Positions 13,135 through 26,529 of a stretch of DNA of 57,961 nt are shown here, piece by piece (the first letter of the stretch is position 1; each line of letters opens with the position of its first letter). Where the stretch lies: assembly GCA_013265495.1 (NCBI GenBank), contig MU057516.1, forward strand, positions 4,914-62,874, read 5' to 3'. This DNA comes from Vicugna vicugna. Its lineage: Eukaryota. A program made the position numbers and the translations under genes. The notes below the pieces were generated by a model that saw only the letters and a program-made list of their open reading frames with translations, had not been told where the DNA came from and made no database searches.

Positions 13135-13250
13135 GCAGACTAGGCTAAGTAAGCCAAGTGTATTAAATGTATTTTCTACTTAACTGATATTTTCAGTTAA
13201 AGATGGTTTGCTCAGGATTTAGCCCCATCATAAGCCCAGGAAGAGCTGTA
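13135..13250 (-). mobile_element. Terminal fragment of a Tigger-family (MER47/Tigger5-like) DNA transposon
   Basis: TAGGCTAAG..GTGTATTAAATGTATTTTCTACTTA..ATATTTTCAGTTAAAGATGG..CCCCATCATAAG..CTGTA matches my recollection of one Tigger terminus ending in TA. Only this end is present. Confidence 0.65.
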
Positions 13251-13858
13251 CAATGTTGTGTCTCATAAAGAGTTCTGCTGCTTAGCTTTAGAACCATTTG
13301 AAGAGGTTCTCATGTTGGCTATTGATTGATGGCTTAGAAATTTTGGAGTCTTATTGTCATCTTTGTCTGCCAGTTGAACATTTTTCAATCTTTGATTTGG
13401 AAATTATGTGATAAATACTTATTTTCACCCTTTATATGGGTTTTATATTTATGTGTATGTGTGTCTATGCAAATAAAATTATATTTCCTTAAAACTGGTC
13501 TATCATCAATGTTTCCATCTTTCAGCATAATTTACTCTTGTGGTTTTTTACGTGATTACTGAGTCAAATATTCATTAAATAAAAGTGTATAAAAAGAAAA
13601 AAAAAGAGAGAAAGATTTGAGGGTTGTAAAACCCAGACTGCTGCAAAAAGCAGACGGCGATGATGCCAGCTGGTCTCATCCCCCTGGACGTGTGCTCGAG
13701 GAGGGCAGGGACTCTGTCCTGGGCACACTGCAGTGCAATGCCTCTCAGAGAGCCCAGCACACAGCAGACCTTCAGTAAGCATTTGTTGAATGAATGGATG
13801 AGTGAATGAATGAGTGAATGAATGAATAGATGAACCAACAAACACACCCAGGTCAGGT

Positions 13859-14261
13859 NNNNNNNNNNNNNNNNNNNNNNNNNNNNNNNNNNNNNNNNNN
13901 NNNNNNNNNNNNNNNNNNNNNNNNNNNNNNNNNNNNNNNNNNNNNNNNNNNNNNNNNNNNNNNNNNNNNNNNNNNNNNNNNNNNNNNNNNNNNNNNNNNN
14001 NNNNNNNNNNNNNNNNNNNNNNNNNNNNNNNNNNNNNNNNNNNNNNNNNNNNNNNNNNNNNNNNNNNNNNNNNNNNNNNNNNNNNNNNNNNNNNNNNNNN
14101 NNNNNNNNNNNNNNNNNNNNNNNNNNNNNNNNNNNNNNNNNNNNNNNNNNNNNNNNNNNNNNNNNNNNNNNNNNNNNNNNNNNNNNNNNNNNNNNNNNNN
14201 NNNNNNNNNNNNNNNNNNNNNNNNNNNNNNNNNNNNNNNNNNNNNNNNNNNNNNNNNNNNN
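13859..14261. other. Assembly gap (N run)
   Basis: Continuous n characters. Confidence 1.
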
Positions 14262-17200
14262 TCTTAACAAAGTGGCTTTATATTCAATTGGAAGATACTT
14301 AAATCACTGGCTTATCTACCCTATTTCCAGTTGAGCAAATTGAGGTTTAAATAGATTAAGTCATGCAGAGTTGGATCTGGATTCATATAAGAGGTTTGTC
14401 CCCACAAATAGAATGAATAATACATTGTCATTTTACGTGGCATGGGTCATTTAACCAGGGGGGAAAAAAAAATATATATATATATATACATACACATATA
14501 TTCCTGGTTATCTGGTTCCCCAACCTACAGTGACTTAGAACTGGTCCAAAAATAAGAGAGCGAGGGGAACGCTGCAGCCAGGCCCACAGAGAGCAGTGGG
14601 CAGAAACCCAGACAGCAGAGGATGAAGGAGGCAGACAGGAATGCTCACTAGATGAGCGCCTGTGAGTGCCAGGTTCAGAAGTGACCCCATTAGGTGACGG
14701 TCTCATGTAATTCTCACACGGTGTGGATGATAGAGCCCCTATTTTCCAGCCAAGATGGCTGTTCCAAGGGGTTAATTAACTCTTTAAGCCAATGTCCAGA
14801 AGCCGGCACATGAGAGAACTCACAGCACGGTATTAAATGGTGCAGGCTCCATTGTGACTGTCATTTAGAGTCATCTGAGGGCTTTGAGAAAACACTGCCC
14901 ACTCAGACTTTTCTAATTTAAGCCATTTATGTTGGAGATCTGGACATCAGTATGGTTTTGAAAGCCCCTCAGGCGATTCTAACCTGGAGCTGGGATTAAC
15001 AACAGCCACCCTAATGACAGCCCTTCCTTCTACATGAGCTCAGCCACTCGTCAGCTGAGTCACTTTGAAGAAGTCACTGTCTATGAACCTCAATTTTTTC
15101 AGCTGTAAAATGTAGACTGATGATGGCTTTGATCTGTGCTTAGTATTACAGGTAATACTTAACACTCAACACAGTGCCTGCCATAAGGAAAATGTTCAAT
15201 GATCATTACCTGTTACTAGTATTAGGAACAGTCTTTCCATATGCAAAATGAGGACCCAGCATCATTAAGAAAAATGTTTAACTGTGATGTTATTAAGAAG
15301 CTGGGGAAGAAGACCATGAGTCACTGCATCATTAAACTGGAAGATACTTGGAATCACCAAGTCTTCTCATCTACCATCTTTCTAGTTGAAAAAAAAACCC
15401 AAAAACAAAAACAAAACTGAGACTTAAGTAGATTAAAACAAAACAAAACAAAAAAGCAGAATTGGGTCTGGATTCATATTAGAGTTATATCTTTTACTCA
15501 AAATGGTTAAAGTGAATAAGATTTTGTCATTTTAATTGATGTGTTTCATTTAACCAGAAAATTCTTGTATGCACCCTGCTCTGCCCTCTACCCACCAGTG
15601 TTCAATGGGTGAAGGTTTCTGGGTTCATGTGGAAATCTTTACCACGGAAGAAAAGCAGAGACGGTTTCTCACGTCATTGTGAGATTCAGGCAGTGGACTC
15701 TCCTGGCCTCCCTCCCCTGCTCTGAGGGACCAAAAGGGAGGTGAGACTTATCTCCCCTGGATGGAACTAGTAGCTCATCTGATGCCAGTGGATGCAGTAT
15801 TTCCAATCAGCTCCACCCTTGCTGGTGTGCTTTTTTTAAAAAAATTCATTGCTTTCTCACTGGTTCAGATTTGTACACAGCTCTCTATAAACCATGTCTC
15901 CACAAATGTGCGCTAGTTGAGATGAATATAACCTTGATGACTCATGAACAGAGTCAGTCAATGGCAAATGGCTCTAAAAGCAACTCAAGCATACTGTCTT
16001 TTTGCAAGCAAACCCAGTGATTTATGAGCAAAATAAATGAATACAGCTTCAACTCTGAACAGAAGAGAAAATTACCTGTGGGCAGGAGAAAGATAACAAA
16101 GAAAATTGTAACATAAACAACAATATCCTTGCTTTCTACATGTATCACAGTTTCAAAACTTGACTTTACTTCAATCTATCCTCCCCCTGGAAAATGCACA
16201 GATATGAGATCCTTTGGAATTTTCATTCATTAGCTGTGCAAAAATATATATGTTCTGGTCTTTGCAGTGTTTGCAGAATAAAAGAAAATAAACCATGAAA
16301 TATCAGCATGCATTTTGGATTTTTGTGCAATGCTGAAATCAAAACCAACACTCTGTTAGCATATTTTTCAACCCTCCCTCAGTATGCATATTTTGAAAAC
16401 TATGAGTAAGTTATTATTATTAGGATAAAGAGACAGAATATTTGAAGTTAAGACCTTCCTTGAAAACCTGGTCCTATACTGTTTCCATGACTACATCCTA
16501 AAATATTTTTCAGGGGGAGGAGTGTCGACCTTGTTATTTCCCACAATCCTTTCAGGGACCTTGTCCATTTCACAGATGAGGAAATTGTCCAAGGCCACAC
16601 ACCTAGTAGCAGGAATTTAAATTCAGGATGGTCTCTTTATACTGCACCAAGAAAAGACCTAGCTTGGACATGAGGAATGCTTTAGGATGGTACCTGTATG
16701 AAACATGGTACAGCAGAAGCCTATTTTGCAGGCAGCTGATAATCCTCACATCCCCCTCAATCACCCTCTCTCCTGCCTTCAGTAACTGTGACTTCCAGAC
16801 AGAGGGGCCAGCATGGAGCCTGTGACTTTAGATCACACCCATCATGATCCTGACCATTATTCTAAGCCCCAGGACCTTACACTGTCAAGCTCTGCTCCCT
16901 GATTTATCATGAATCAAAACCTGTCTCTCCTATGACAAATTTCCACAGAGACATTGATGAAAAGCATACAGTTAGCTAGTGGAAGAGGCCAAAATGTTGG
17001 CTCTTGGAGGATTTAACTGAAAAAGAATATCATTGCTTATCACAGTGTCCCTGTGTAAATGTCTACTGCTCCCAATAGACTGTATGTTTCACCAGTGTGG
17101 GAAGGAACCTCATTTTATCGTATGTATCTTTCTATTCCAAATGCCTAGCTCAGTATCTGACATGTGGGACATACTTTAAAATAAATAATGAATGGGTGAA

Positions 17201-17555
17201 TAAGCAAATAACCGATTGGAAGTGTGAGTGGGTAGTATGCGATCTGATGAGAGAAGTATGGAGAGAGCAGTGCAGCCCCAGAATGTGGTGGTGAGTACAC
17301 AAGGAACCTGAGGTACCATGAGATATCCAGAAGGAAATGTATGGAAAGTGGCTGCCCTTTCAAACATGAGAGTCAAGAGAGAGATCTAGAGTGGAGAGAG
17401 CGATTCCAATGTGAGGGTGTTAAGGAGTAGTAGAGGTAAGAATATCATTATGATGGATGGGGTCAGAGGGTTTTGCTAAGAGAGGACACTGCAACACCCA
17501 CAGATTTTCAAACGTACTCATTCCCCTCTACCAGAGATGTAGTGTCTCGACCAAC

Positions 17556-17849
17556 GTAGTCCAACCAAAATAAAATACAAGCCATGTTAAAATGACCTGA
17601 ATCACTTTAAATTTTCTAATAGCCACATTTTAAAAAGCCACTTTATTATCCCCCTCTATATTCAAAATATTATCATTTCAACATGTAATAAATATACAAA
17701 TTATTAATATAATGTTTTACAGCCCTTTTTTTCATTCTGAGGCTTCAAATCCAGTATGTGTTATACACTCACACACCTTAACATGACTGTCACATTTCAA
17801 GTGCTCAATAGTCACATGTGGCTAATGGCTACTGGATTGGACAGTGTAG
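17556..17849. mobile_element. hAT-Charlie MITE (MER33/MER3-like)
   Basis: GTCCAA..TTTAAATTTTCTAATAGCCACATTTTAAAAAG..CACATTTCAAGTGCTCAATAGTCACATGTGGCTAATGGCTACTGGATTGGACAGTGTAG, the typical MER33 text with terminal inverted ends. Confidence 0.75.
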
Positions 17850-18352
17850 ACCTAAAACACATACAGACCCATTATTGAGAGATGTCAAATATGCAACAAA
17901 ACTACTTACTCTTCTGTAAATGATTAATGTAACAAGGAAGGGTAGAAACTAATTATCTCAATATGCCCACATTCTATGTATAGCATGTCATGTCTCCTTG
18001 AATAATCTACAAAGGTAAATGTTATTATATTATATTTACTGAAGATGGAATTGAGCTTCAAAGAGATTCAGTAATTTGCCCAAACTACACAGCAGTATTT
18101 ATACATCCAGTACATGAAACTAGGTTGATGTGCTTTCAAATCCTTTGCTCTACCAAAACCTTCATATTTTTACTGAGGGAGGAAAAAATTCCAAACAACC
18201 TAATCAGAGATGATATGAGCTTGGCATCAACTAAAATATCTTTATTCTCATTTATGTTCAATGAGAGCATTGAAACTTGAGCATGCAATCATCTGAGCCA
18301 AGCCCCGCCTAGGAGATTACTTCAGATCCACAACTCTTTAAAATATTCATTG

Positions 18353-18655
18353 AATGGAACAGAATAGAGAGCCCAGAAATAAACTCACACACCTACCATC
18401 AATTAATCTTCAACAAAGGAGGCAAAAATACACAACAGAGAAAAAACAGCCTATTTGGCAAATGGTGTTGGGAAAGCTGGACAGACACATGTAAATCAAT
18501 AAAATTAGAACACTCCCTCACACCATGCACAAAAATAAACTCAAAATGGCTTAAAGACTTAAACATAAGACAAGACACAATAAATCTCTTAGAAGAAAAC
18601 ATAGGCAAAACATTATCTCACATACATCTCAGCAATGTTCTCCTAGAGCAGTCTA
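18353..18655 (+). mobile_element. Internal L1 ORF2 fragment truncated at both ends
   Basis: AATGGAACAGAATAGAGAGCCCAGAAATAAAC...([17 protein letters not shown]) through AGCAATGTTCTCCTAGAGCAGTCTA. Closely similar to 49702-50003. Confidence 0.9.
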
Positions 18656-19779
18656 GTATAAGCATGGTTTTCTCTGGGAAATCTTCCCAGATTTAACAGA
18701 CCAGATTAATCCCCCCTTTACAAGCTCTTGTGTCCTTGTGTACAACTTATTTCTGCCTTTACACCCACTTAACTGACAACGCCATGAGGGTAGTGACCCC
18801 GCATGCTCCTGCTCACCACTTTGTCACCAGCCCCAGTCCACTGTTCGGCATTGACTGGGTGTTCAACAAATATTTTAATAAATAATTAACTAGATTAAGT
18901 AGTTACTCTTTCTTCTCATGACAAGTACTCCAAAAATCCCTGGTAATTGCTGCCTAGAATCCAGCTGTCATTCTGACGCTCTCTGTTCCATATGGATGGA
19001 GATAAAAAAAAAAATAAAACACACCTAAGTGGATGGAATTGCTAAAGCCCATACGTAGGAGCCCGTTGCTCCATCCATTGGAAAAGGTTATAGTGACTTG
19101 GGTATCCTTCTCATTGGGGCAAACCCAAACATTAACTCACACCAAAAGAATTTGCAATCTGACACAAGATTTATTGGAGAAGGACTAGGCAGAGCTGAAG
19201 AGCTGAAACAGTGAGGCTGCCCTAATCCACCATGGGGAGTTTCCAGTCATGGGGGTGCAGTGCCCAGTGCCCTAAGCTTGGGCTTTCTTAATAGTTACAC
19301 ATCTACTCCTAACTCTCTGATTTTGAGCTTGCTCCTTCCTTTCTAGAAATTACTTCCTTCGTTCATAGATAATGAATGAAATACAAGGAATTATTGGGGG
19401 TTTTAAACATGCAATGTATGTTGAAGTGTCAGCACCTTGTCTGGCACTGATCCGCTGTCGTGGGCACTGCATTAGCTTCCTAAACTGTTCTCATCACTTC
19501 TCCTCTTCATCCCTCATCAGCAACTTTGAACTCAATGTCCTAGCTACCTGGACTCTCCCAGACACTTGCAATGAGCGGTACCTATTAGGCTGGTCACCTT
19601 CCAACCCGTCCAATGTAGGCACAGAATCCCTGTGTCCTCTCCTCCCCCACCACGATTGCCTATCATTCCCTAAGCATTAACCTGTTTTACTTTCTTCACA
19701 ATTTTTTAACACCATTCAAAATTATCGTGTTTATGGTTATGTAACCTCACCTCACCAGAATGCAAGCTTTAACACAGAA

Positions 19780-20950
19780 ATGCGGAAGCATGCCTGGCAA
19801 GTGAATGAATGAACGTTATTACGCGCTCGTCATTTATAAAGCGTAAGGAGAACGGGCATACTGTGTCAGTTCAATCAGAGCAGTGGTTGGGGCCGGTTTG
19901 TTTATGATTTCTCCAGCACCAAAGCTGCCCAGAGTGCGCGTTCAGTAAGTATCTGCTTTCCGAGGACTGCTTTTCCCCCTTCAGTCCAGCAAACACCCCA
20001 GAGTGGTCCTGCAGAGGGTGCACGGTCCAGGCCTGGCTGGGGCTTCCGAGGGCAAAGCCAGCAGCATAGCCCAGCGGCAGAAGACTGGGAGGGTGGCCGA
20101 GGCCCGGCTTCAGAGATCCTCGTATTGCAGCCAAGATGCTCTGCAGGCACGTGGACTGTGGACACGCCACCGGTCCGCCCTCAAGGAGCTGACAATTTTA
20201 TTAGGAGACAAGACAAAAAATATTTTAAAGAAAGATAAGTTGGCCGGGGCTGTCTCCGAAAGACCCCGGGGTGGGGCAGGCGGGCCGCCGCGCGCCTGCG
20301 CAGTAGCTGTGGGCTTCCCGCGCGCGGGGAAGCAGCGCCTCAGGAAGAGGCCTGCCAGGCTGCTTCCAGCTGGCCCCGGAGAAGCCGATGGAGAGCCACG
20401 CCCCGGCCCGCTGTGCGCGGTGCGCCCGGATAAGGAAAGGGCGAAGGGAAAGCGGGAGGAAGGCCAGGCTGCGGCAGCCAGCACCCTGGCTGGCTCGGCC
20501 TCCCTCGGGCCGCCCGTGTGGGACGAGACTGTCTGGATGACAACGAGTCTTTCCACCTGGAGTGTGCGGACCCGACCTTCTTCCTGGCGGAGGAGGCATC
20601 CCCGCCGGCCCCACCCACTGGCCAAGAACCTGCCGCTGTCCGTGGCCCACCTAGAAGGGATGGAGTCGTCTTACACTGAGTCCCTGCTGCTCCTCTGTCA
20701 CCGTCTTCAGCCCCGGAACCCGCGTCCAGCCCAGATTGGTGCGCGGCCACCCGAGGAAGCCCGCTGTCCGCTGAGGGCTGCCGGTGGCCACACACCCAGT
20801 GCGCCCCGTCTCCCCGGGGAGGTCCTGGCGGGCCCGCAGTTGGGAGAGACCCTCAACACAGCACCCCCACCCCCGAGACGTCAGCCCGTGCCACAGCAGC
20901 AGCAGTTGGGGCCTCTGTGCCGGTGACTGTGCTGCAGGTGGTCAGGACAG
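19780..20950. promoter_or_regulatory. CpG island with promoter-like motifs; no associated gene recognised
   Basis: GC- and CpG-rich against a CpG-poor AT-rich background. NRF1-like GCGCCTGCGC (20292-20301), E2F-like TTCCCGCG (20315-20322), E-box CACGTG (20148-20153), GC/GT boxes (CCGCCC ~20175, GGGGTGGGGC ~20268), ETS-like CGGAAG (~19783), reverse CCAAT (ATTGG ~20735). Confidence 0.8.
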
Positions 20951-23900
20951 TGGAGTGAGCCCTTACAGCCTGGGGCTGTGCAGGATAGAAGCCCCCTCGG
21001 CATTCCTCAGTGCTGCTTTTCACCCCAGCGTGCACTTTGCAGCAGATTATTGGGAAACTCAGGCGATAATAATAAAACCACCAGCCAGCATTAATTTAGC
21101 ATTACTCTGTGCCAGAAATGAACACATAATTCTCGCCAGAAAGTTGGTAATCTTATCCCTGTTTTATAGGTGAGAGCACTGAGGCACAGAGAAGTTAAGT
21201 CGCTTGCCCAAGGTCACACAGCTGGTAGGTAGTGGAGGCACCACTGGAACCAGGATTTCGGTCTCCATAGCCAAGCACTGCTGAGACATTGGCAGGAAGA
21301 AGGCTTTCTCACTGCCCACCCTAAACAAACATCATCTTTGGGATTACTCCTTCATCCACTGGTCCTTTTTATGTTTTCCCTCTAAGGGTTTGTTTATTTG
21401 TTTTTATGGCTCTGGACGTGAACCCACCAGAGGAGGCATGGCCTTTTTTTCAGGGAGGCCCACAAAGCCTTCTGCTGGCAGGCTCAGAGGCATACAGGCT
21501 GATGGCTCCTGGGAAGGACCCCAGGAGCTGGAATAGAACCCAAGAAACCTGCACCCAAGGAATTTGCATGCTCTATTTTTTAAATCGTCATTATGGAAAA
21601 TTTACCTAATGCAATATTAGGAGGCTACTCATAATGAACCTCCATGTAGCCATCACTCAGCTTCCATAACTCATAACCAATCTTATTTTCAGTAACCCCT
21701 TCCATTCCCCTCACCTGATTATTTGCAGTCAATTCCTAGATGTTATATCATTTCATCTGTAAATATTTCAATCTGTATGTAAAATATAAGGGTTCTTTCT
21801 AAAAACATAACAAAATACCAATTTTACATCTGAAATTGACAATGAATCCATCAGCATTCAAATTTTAAAAAAATACCAGTAGCAAGAGTTAAGATTTTAT
21901 GAAAGAGTCAATGTGGTCTTCCAGAAGAAAAAAAACATTAGCAACAATGTATACTGGGCTTTGGCGTCTGGGCCTCGGATTTCTCATATCCTAAATAGAT
22001 GAGGGAATTAAACAGGATGATAGTTGAGTTTTCATTTAACTCTGATATTCTAGCAATTTTTGTATCTAGATGGATTATCTTGTATTATAGGTCTGGGTAC
22101 CCTTTAACATGCCCTCAAAATTTTTATTAATTATTTCCATAGTATTTCATCTATCTCCCCTACCAGAATGTAAACTTGTTGAGAGTTGAGAATTTATCTG
22201 TCATTCACTGCCAGATTTTTAGTGCCTAGAATCGTGCCAGGTTCATAGCAGGTCCTCAGTGAATATCTGTTAAAAGATTGGATGATTGAGCCTCTTCTAT
22301 CTTCAATAACAAAATTCTTTGACCTTGTAGAAATTGTGAGGCATCAGTCATTTGGACAATAAAAAAATCCAGTAAAATGGTATCACTATAAATTTCACCT
22401 TTCCCTATTCATAGAACTTCTTAAATGATCATGGTGATATTATTATTAGCTCTGGAAATGCCCCCCTTGAAAGATATTTTAGGAATTTAGAGCCAAAGCC
22501 CGAAGAGGGTGACCAAAATGCATCAGAGCCAGCTGTCCAGGTAGATTCTCTGTATGGAGGATGGAGTGGTAACAGTCAGGTGAAAAGGATCAATACGCCT
22601 TATAACAGATGATAGACTGTCAGAAAGGGAAGGCTTGGCGACCACCTACTCCTGCTCTTGCAAAGCTGTTGGACTCATGCGGTACCTGTTCCTGCCTATG
22701 GGAGACTGGCGAGGGCTCAGCTGACCTCCCCTCTGATAGTTTGAGCAGCTAAGGGGCTGGATGGGATGGGAGCTCTGGTTGTTTGGTTTCTGTTTGCCTT
22801 TGCAGTAAGCTGCCTGGCTCACCACCTGCCCTGAGCTGCTGAGGGGGCTCCACAGGATGGCTTCCTTTGCAACCACCCAGCTACTATTCTGTATAGGGAC
22901 CAAGGAAAGTCTTTGTCTCCTTGGACCCTTCTGGACTCCTGTTAGCAGCTTTTCATCAATTTCAGTTTTAACAAATTCCCTTATAAAGCCTCCATTTCAC
23001 TTGGTCAATATTCAGGCAACAGATTCAAATCTCTTGAGTGCTTCAGTAAACATGGATTAAGTAATTAATTGTATGATACAATTCTTAAACCCATGGAACC
23101 TAAAGTCTGAAGTCTCCAAGAGGTTCAGTAACTTGCCCATATTCACTAGGTTAACGGGTGATAGCGCCAGGCTTTGGGCACAGGCAGGATGACTCTGAGA
23201 GTTCATGTTTTAAAAATCCCTGTGCCATACAGCCTGCCACCTTGCCCATCCTCCTAGGAAAAAGGTCAAGGAGACAGCCACTCAATACTTCATGATAACC
23301 ACTGGGAGGTCACCATATACGAAGAGGAGACAATAAAAACATGAATTTATGACATCCTTTTGTTGTTCAGCCAAAGTCCCTACCAGGGCATCTACCACCT
23401 AGAGGAGAAGGGATTTGAATTCTGTAGAATCATTCAGCAGTTCAACTCAGAGAGGACGCATAAAGAGCTCTCTAAAATGATGGTGTAGACCTACAGGAAA
23501 ATAACCTGGGAACTTTCTTCTACTGATCACCCCAGTATTAACAAGTGAGGCTTGGGGTTCATTGTGTTGATGAAGTGAGACGTGAATGCCTTTGCTGATG
23601 CCAGACAGAGCTTCAGTGGAGGATGCTTGCTGTGTAAGTCCCCAAGAGTCTGTTAGGTATATGACAGTGAGCAGCAGTGAAAGAAGAAAGGGAGCCACTC
23701 AGATTTGGAGATGCCTTCTAACAGTAACAATCCTGATAATCCCTTTCATGGCAACGCCCTTCACAGTTGTACAGGATCGGAAGGTGTAGGCATGTGCATT
23801 CCCCACGTGTTGTTCCAGCACCACAAAGGCAGCCACATCTGGTGTCATTAAGCTCTCGCTCTCTTTTTTTTTTTTTTAACTAAAGGAGAAACAGATTTAG

Positions 23901-24589
23901 AACATTCTATGTAGAAAATTCAGGATACAACATCCGGTTTTCAAGATCTAAAATCAGCTTCAGGTTGAAACAGATGGTCTCCAAACTCATGAAAGTAAAC
24001 AAGAGGCCAAGTCCCTACAGGACAGAAACTTGAAAAAAAATTTTTTTTTTAATTGTCTCAACTGGGAAGCTCAATGCAGTGCACTGAGCTCAGCCCCAGT
24101 GTATGAGGTTCTCATGGGGCTAGGTCTAAATCTCACAGTCCTCAAAAATAAACCCCCCATTTGTAGGAAAAGCAAAATATCACCTTGTCAGCAAGTATAG
24201 AAAGGGATAGTCTAACATAAATGGGACTTTATAAATAAAAAAGTAGTTATTGTATTCTTCTAAGCAGACACTTGCTATGGTGTCTGGAAGAAGAATCTAA
24301 GCCTAGAAGTCAGAGAAATACACTAGGAATTTTTTCTCTGGTTCTTCACAAGCTCCAGAAAATCTTCCTCCAGAAAATCCAAAGTAGAGACAGAACAGAG
24401 CATCTACTGATGGGGTGAGTTGGGAGCACTTTGGACATTGAATATTTTTAAAAAATGCCTCAATTATTGTCAGTGCTCAGTAAAAGTTTGGGGACTGAAT
24501 TAATTCATCCTCATTACCAGTTCACACTTTGGGAAGGGGAGAATTCAGTTCTAGACTCAAAATTAACTTTACTTAAGAATTTCTTTGAG

Positions 24590-24905
24590 TTGAACAGTGG
24601 TTGCTGGAAGGTAGGGGAAATGAAATGTTGGTCCAAGGGCACAAACTTCCAGTTATAAGAAGAATGAGTTTGGGGGACCTAATGTATAGCATGGTGACTA
24701 CAGTTAACAGTACTGTTGAAAGTTGCTGTAGGAGTAGATTTTAAACATTCTTCCCATAACAACATCAGCAACATGGTAGTTATGTGATGTGAAGGATGTG
24801 TTAACTAATGTTACTGCTGTAACATTTAGCAATATGTGTATCAAATCATTACATTATGAACCTTAAACTTACACAACATTATATTTACATTTTACCTCAA
24901 TAACG
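24590..24905 (+). mobile_element. L1MA-type 3'UTR fragment
   Basis: GGTCCAAGGGCACAAACTTCCAGTTATAAGA..GACCTAATGTATAGCATGGTGACTACAGTTAA..ACCTTAAACTTACACAACATTATAT..CCTCAATAA. Confidence 0.8.
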
Positions 24906-26529
24906 CTAGTAGGGGTGGGGAAGAATGTCACTGAAAGAGATACAGGAAAAGTCTGTTGTGATGTAATGTAGAAACTGATGCTAATCAGAGCAGCATTCCT
25001 GGAATTGTGCACACTGTGAGTCCCTCTTGCATCCTGTGCCCTTAGCTTGTAAGGCAGCATCACTGCGTTTTGGTCAAAGAACTTCCTCTGCTTGGAGTTT
25101 CCTTCCTGGCTGCACAAATCTCCACCTTAAATAATCCCAAACACATTTCTAGTACATTTTTAAAGCTGCTTATCTCAGAAAAGTCTTCTAAATCCTGTGA
25201 CAAGAGGAGATCATCCCCTGAACTAAGGTCAGATAGCATTTGGTTTATATTTCTTCTTGGGCACTATTAACTCTGACTTTTGTCACAATCACTGTGACAG
25301 TTGAACTTGAGGACTGTGGACTTAACTGATTCACCATTTTTGACCCCAAATCTCAGAACATTGTTTTCAGCAACTGAGTTGCTCTGTTTTTCCTTTGGAT
25401 TGAATTCACCTCTTTTAACAGTTAACATGGTAATTCCCTTGTTTCTCTGCATATTGCATATTGCATAATATTGCACTATTGCATAATATCCTATTCTTTA
25501 TACCATGTTTACTTAATTATTAGTTATTTAGTTTCTTCTTAATTTTTTGTCTGCTGTATCACATGGCTTGATTTATATTTTGAAAATCCAATTTGTTAAT
25601 CTTTGAATTTTAATGATGAGTTTAACCCACTTATATTTATTTTCCTTACTAATTCATTTGGATTCATTTATGCCTCCTCAGATGATTTCTGTTTATCTTG
25701 ATTTTTCCTATTATTCTTTTTATCTCCTTTATAATCTTTATTCAGATTGATTTTAAAATTCCATTTGTTCCCCTAACCTTTACAAAAAAACTTCCTTTTT
25801 TGTCTTTTGTAATTATTGAAAATATATACATCTAAGTAAAATTCTAAAGTACAAGAATTTTAGAGTACCCCAAATCTAATGAATTCTCTGATCTATTAAT
25901 ATAAACTGATATTTTTAATTTATCACCTCCCCATAGACAATATCATTAATATTTAATACTGCCTCTCTTTGTTCCAATATGTTCTTTCCCACGCTCACCA
26001 GTTTCTAAGCTTAGCATTTCTTCTTGCTTCTGAGACTTTTTTCAGAGATCACATCCTTCTGACAACAATCTTTAGTAGCATCTTTAGTGCACAACTGTTG
26101 ATGGTAAATTGTCTCCATTTGATCCTACATGAGAGTGTTTTATTTTATCCATATTTTTATTAGCTTCTTATTTTTAAATGTAAAACCTTTATAACAAGAT
26201 AAATAATAGGTTGTTATTTTAAATGATAGTACAAGAAACACTGATGCATATTTCACTTAGATTAACCAGTTCCTTTTCTTTACATCTAGCTTTGTCTGTA
26301 CATAGAAAACTAGGTAATAAATATTCAACATCTATGTCCTACAAAGGAAATCTGTTATACCCAAGCTTTCACTCCAAAGGAATTTAATATTGATAAAATA
26401 ACATTTTCTATTATTTATTTAAATTCTACTTGTCCCAACAATATTCTTTATAGATACTTTGTTTTCAGATTCAGAATCCAGTCAAGGATTGTGCTATAAA
26501 TTTAGTTGTAATGTCTTTCTAGTCTTTTC

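Noticed and set aside
20003..20926. 307-aa ORF and overlapping ORFs in the CpG island
   Set aside because: Non-ATG start, Arg/Pro/Ala/Gly-rich, no recognisable domain; long ORFs on both strands are expected from GC richness.
23447..23698. 83-aa ORF with a hydrophobic, signal-peptide-like N-terminus
   Set aside because: GTG start, no recognisable family, no supporting exon structure.
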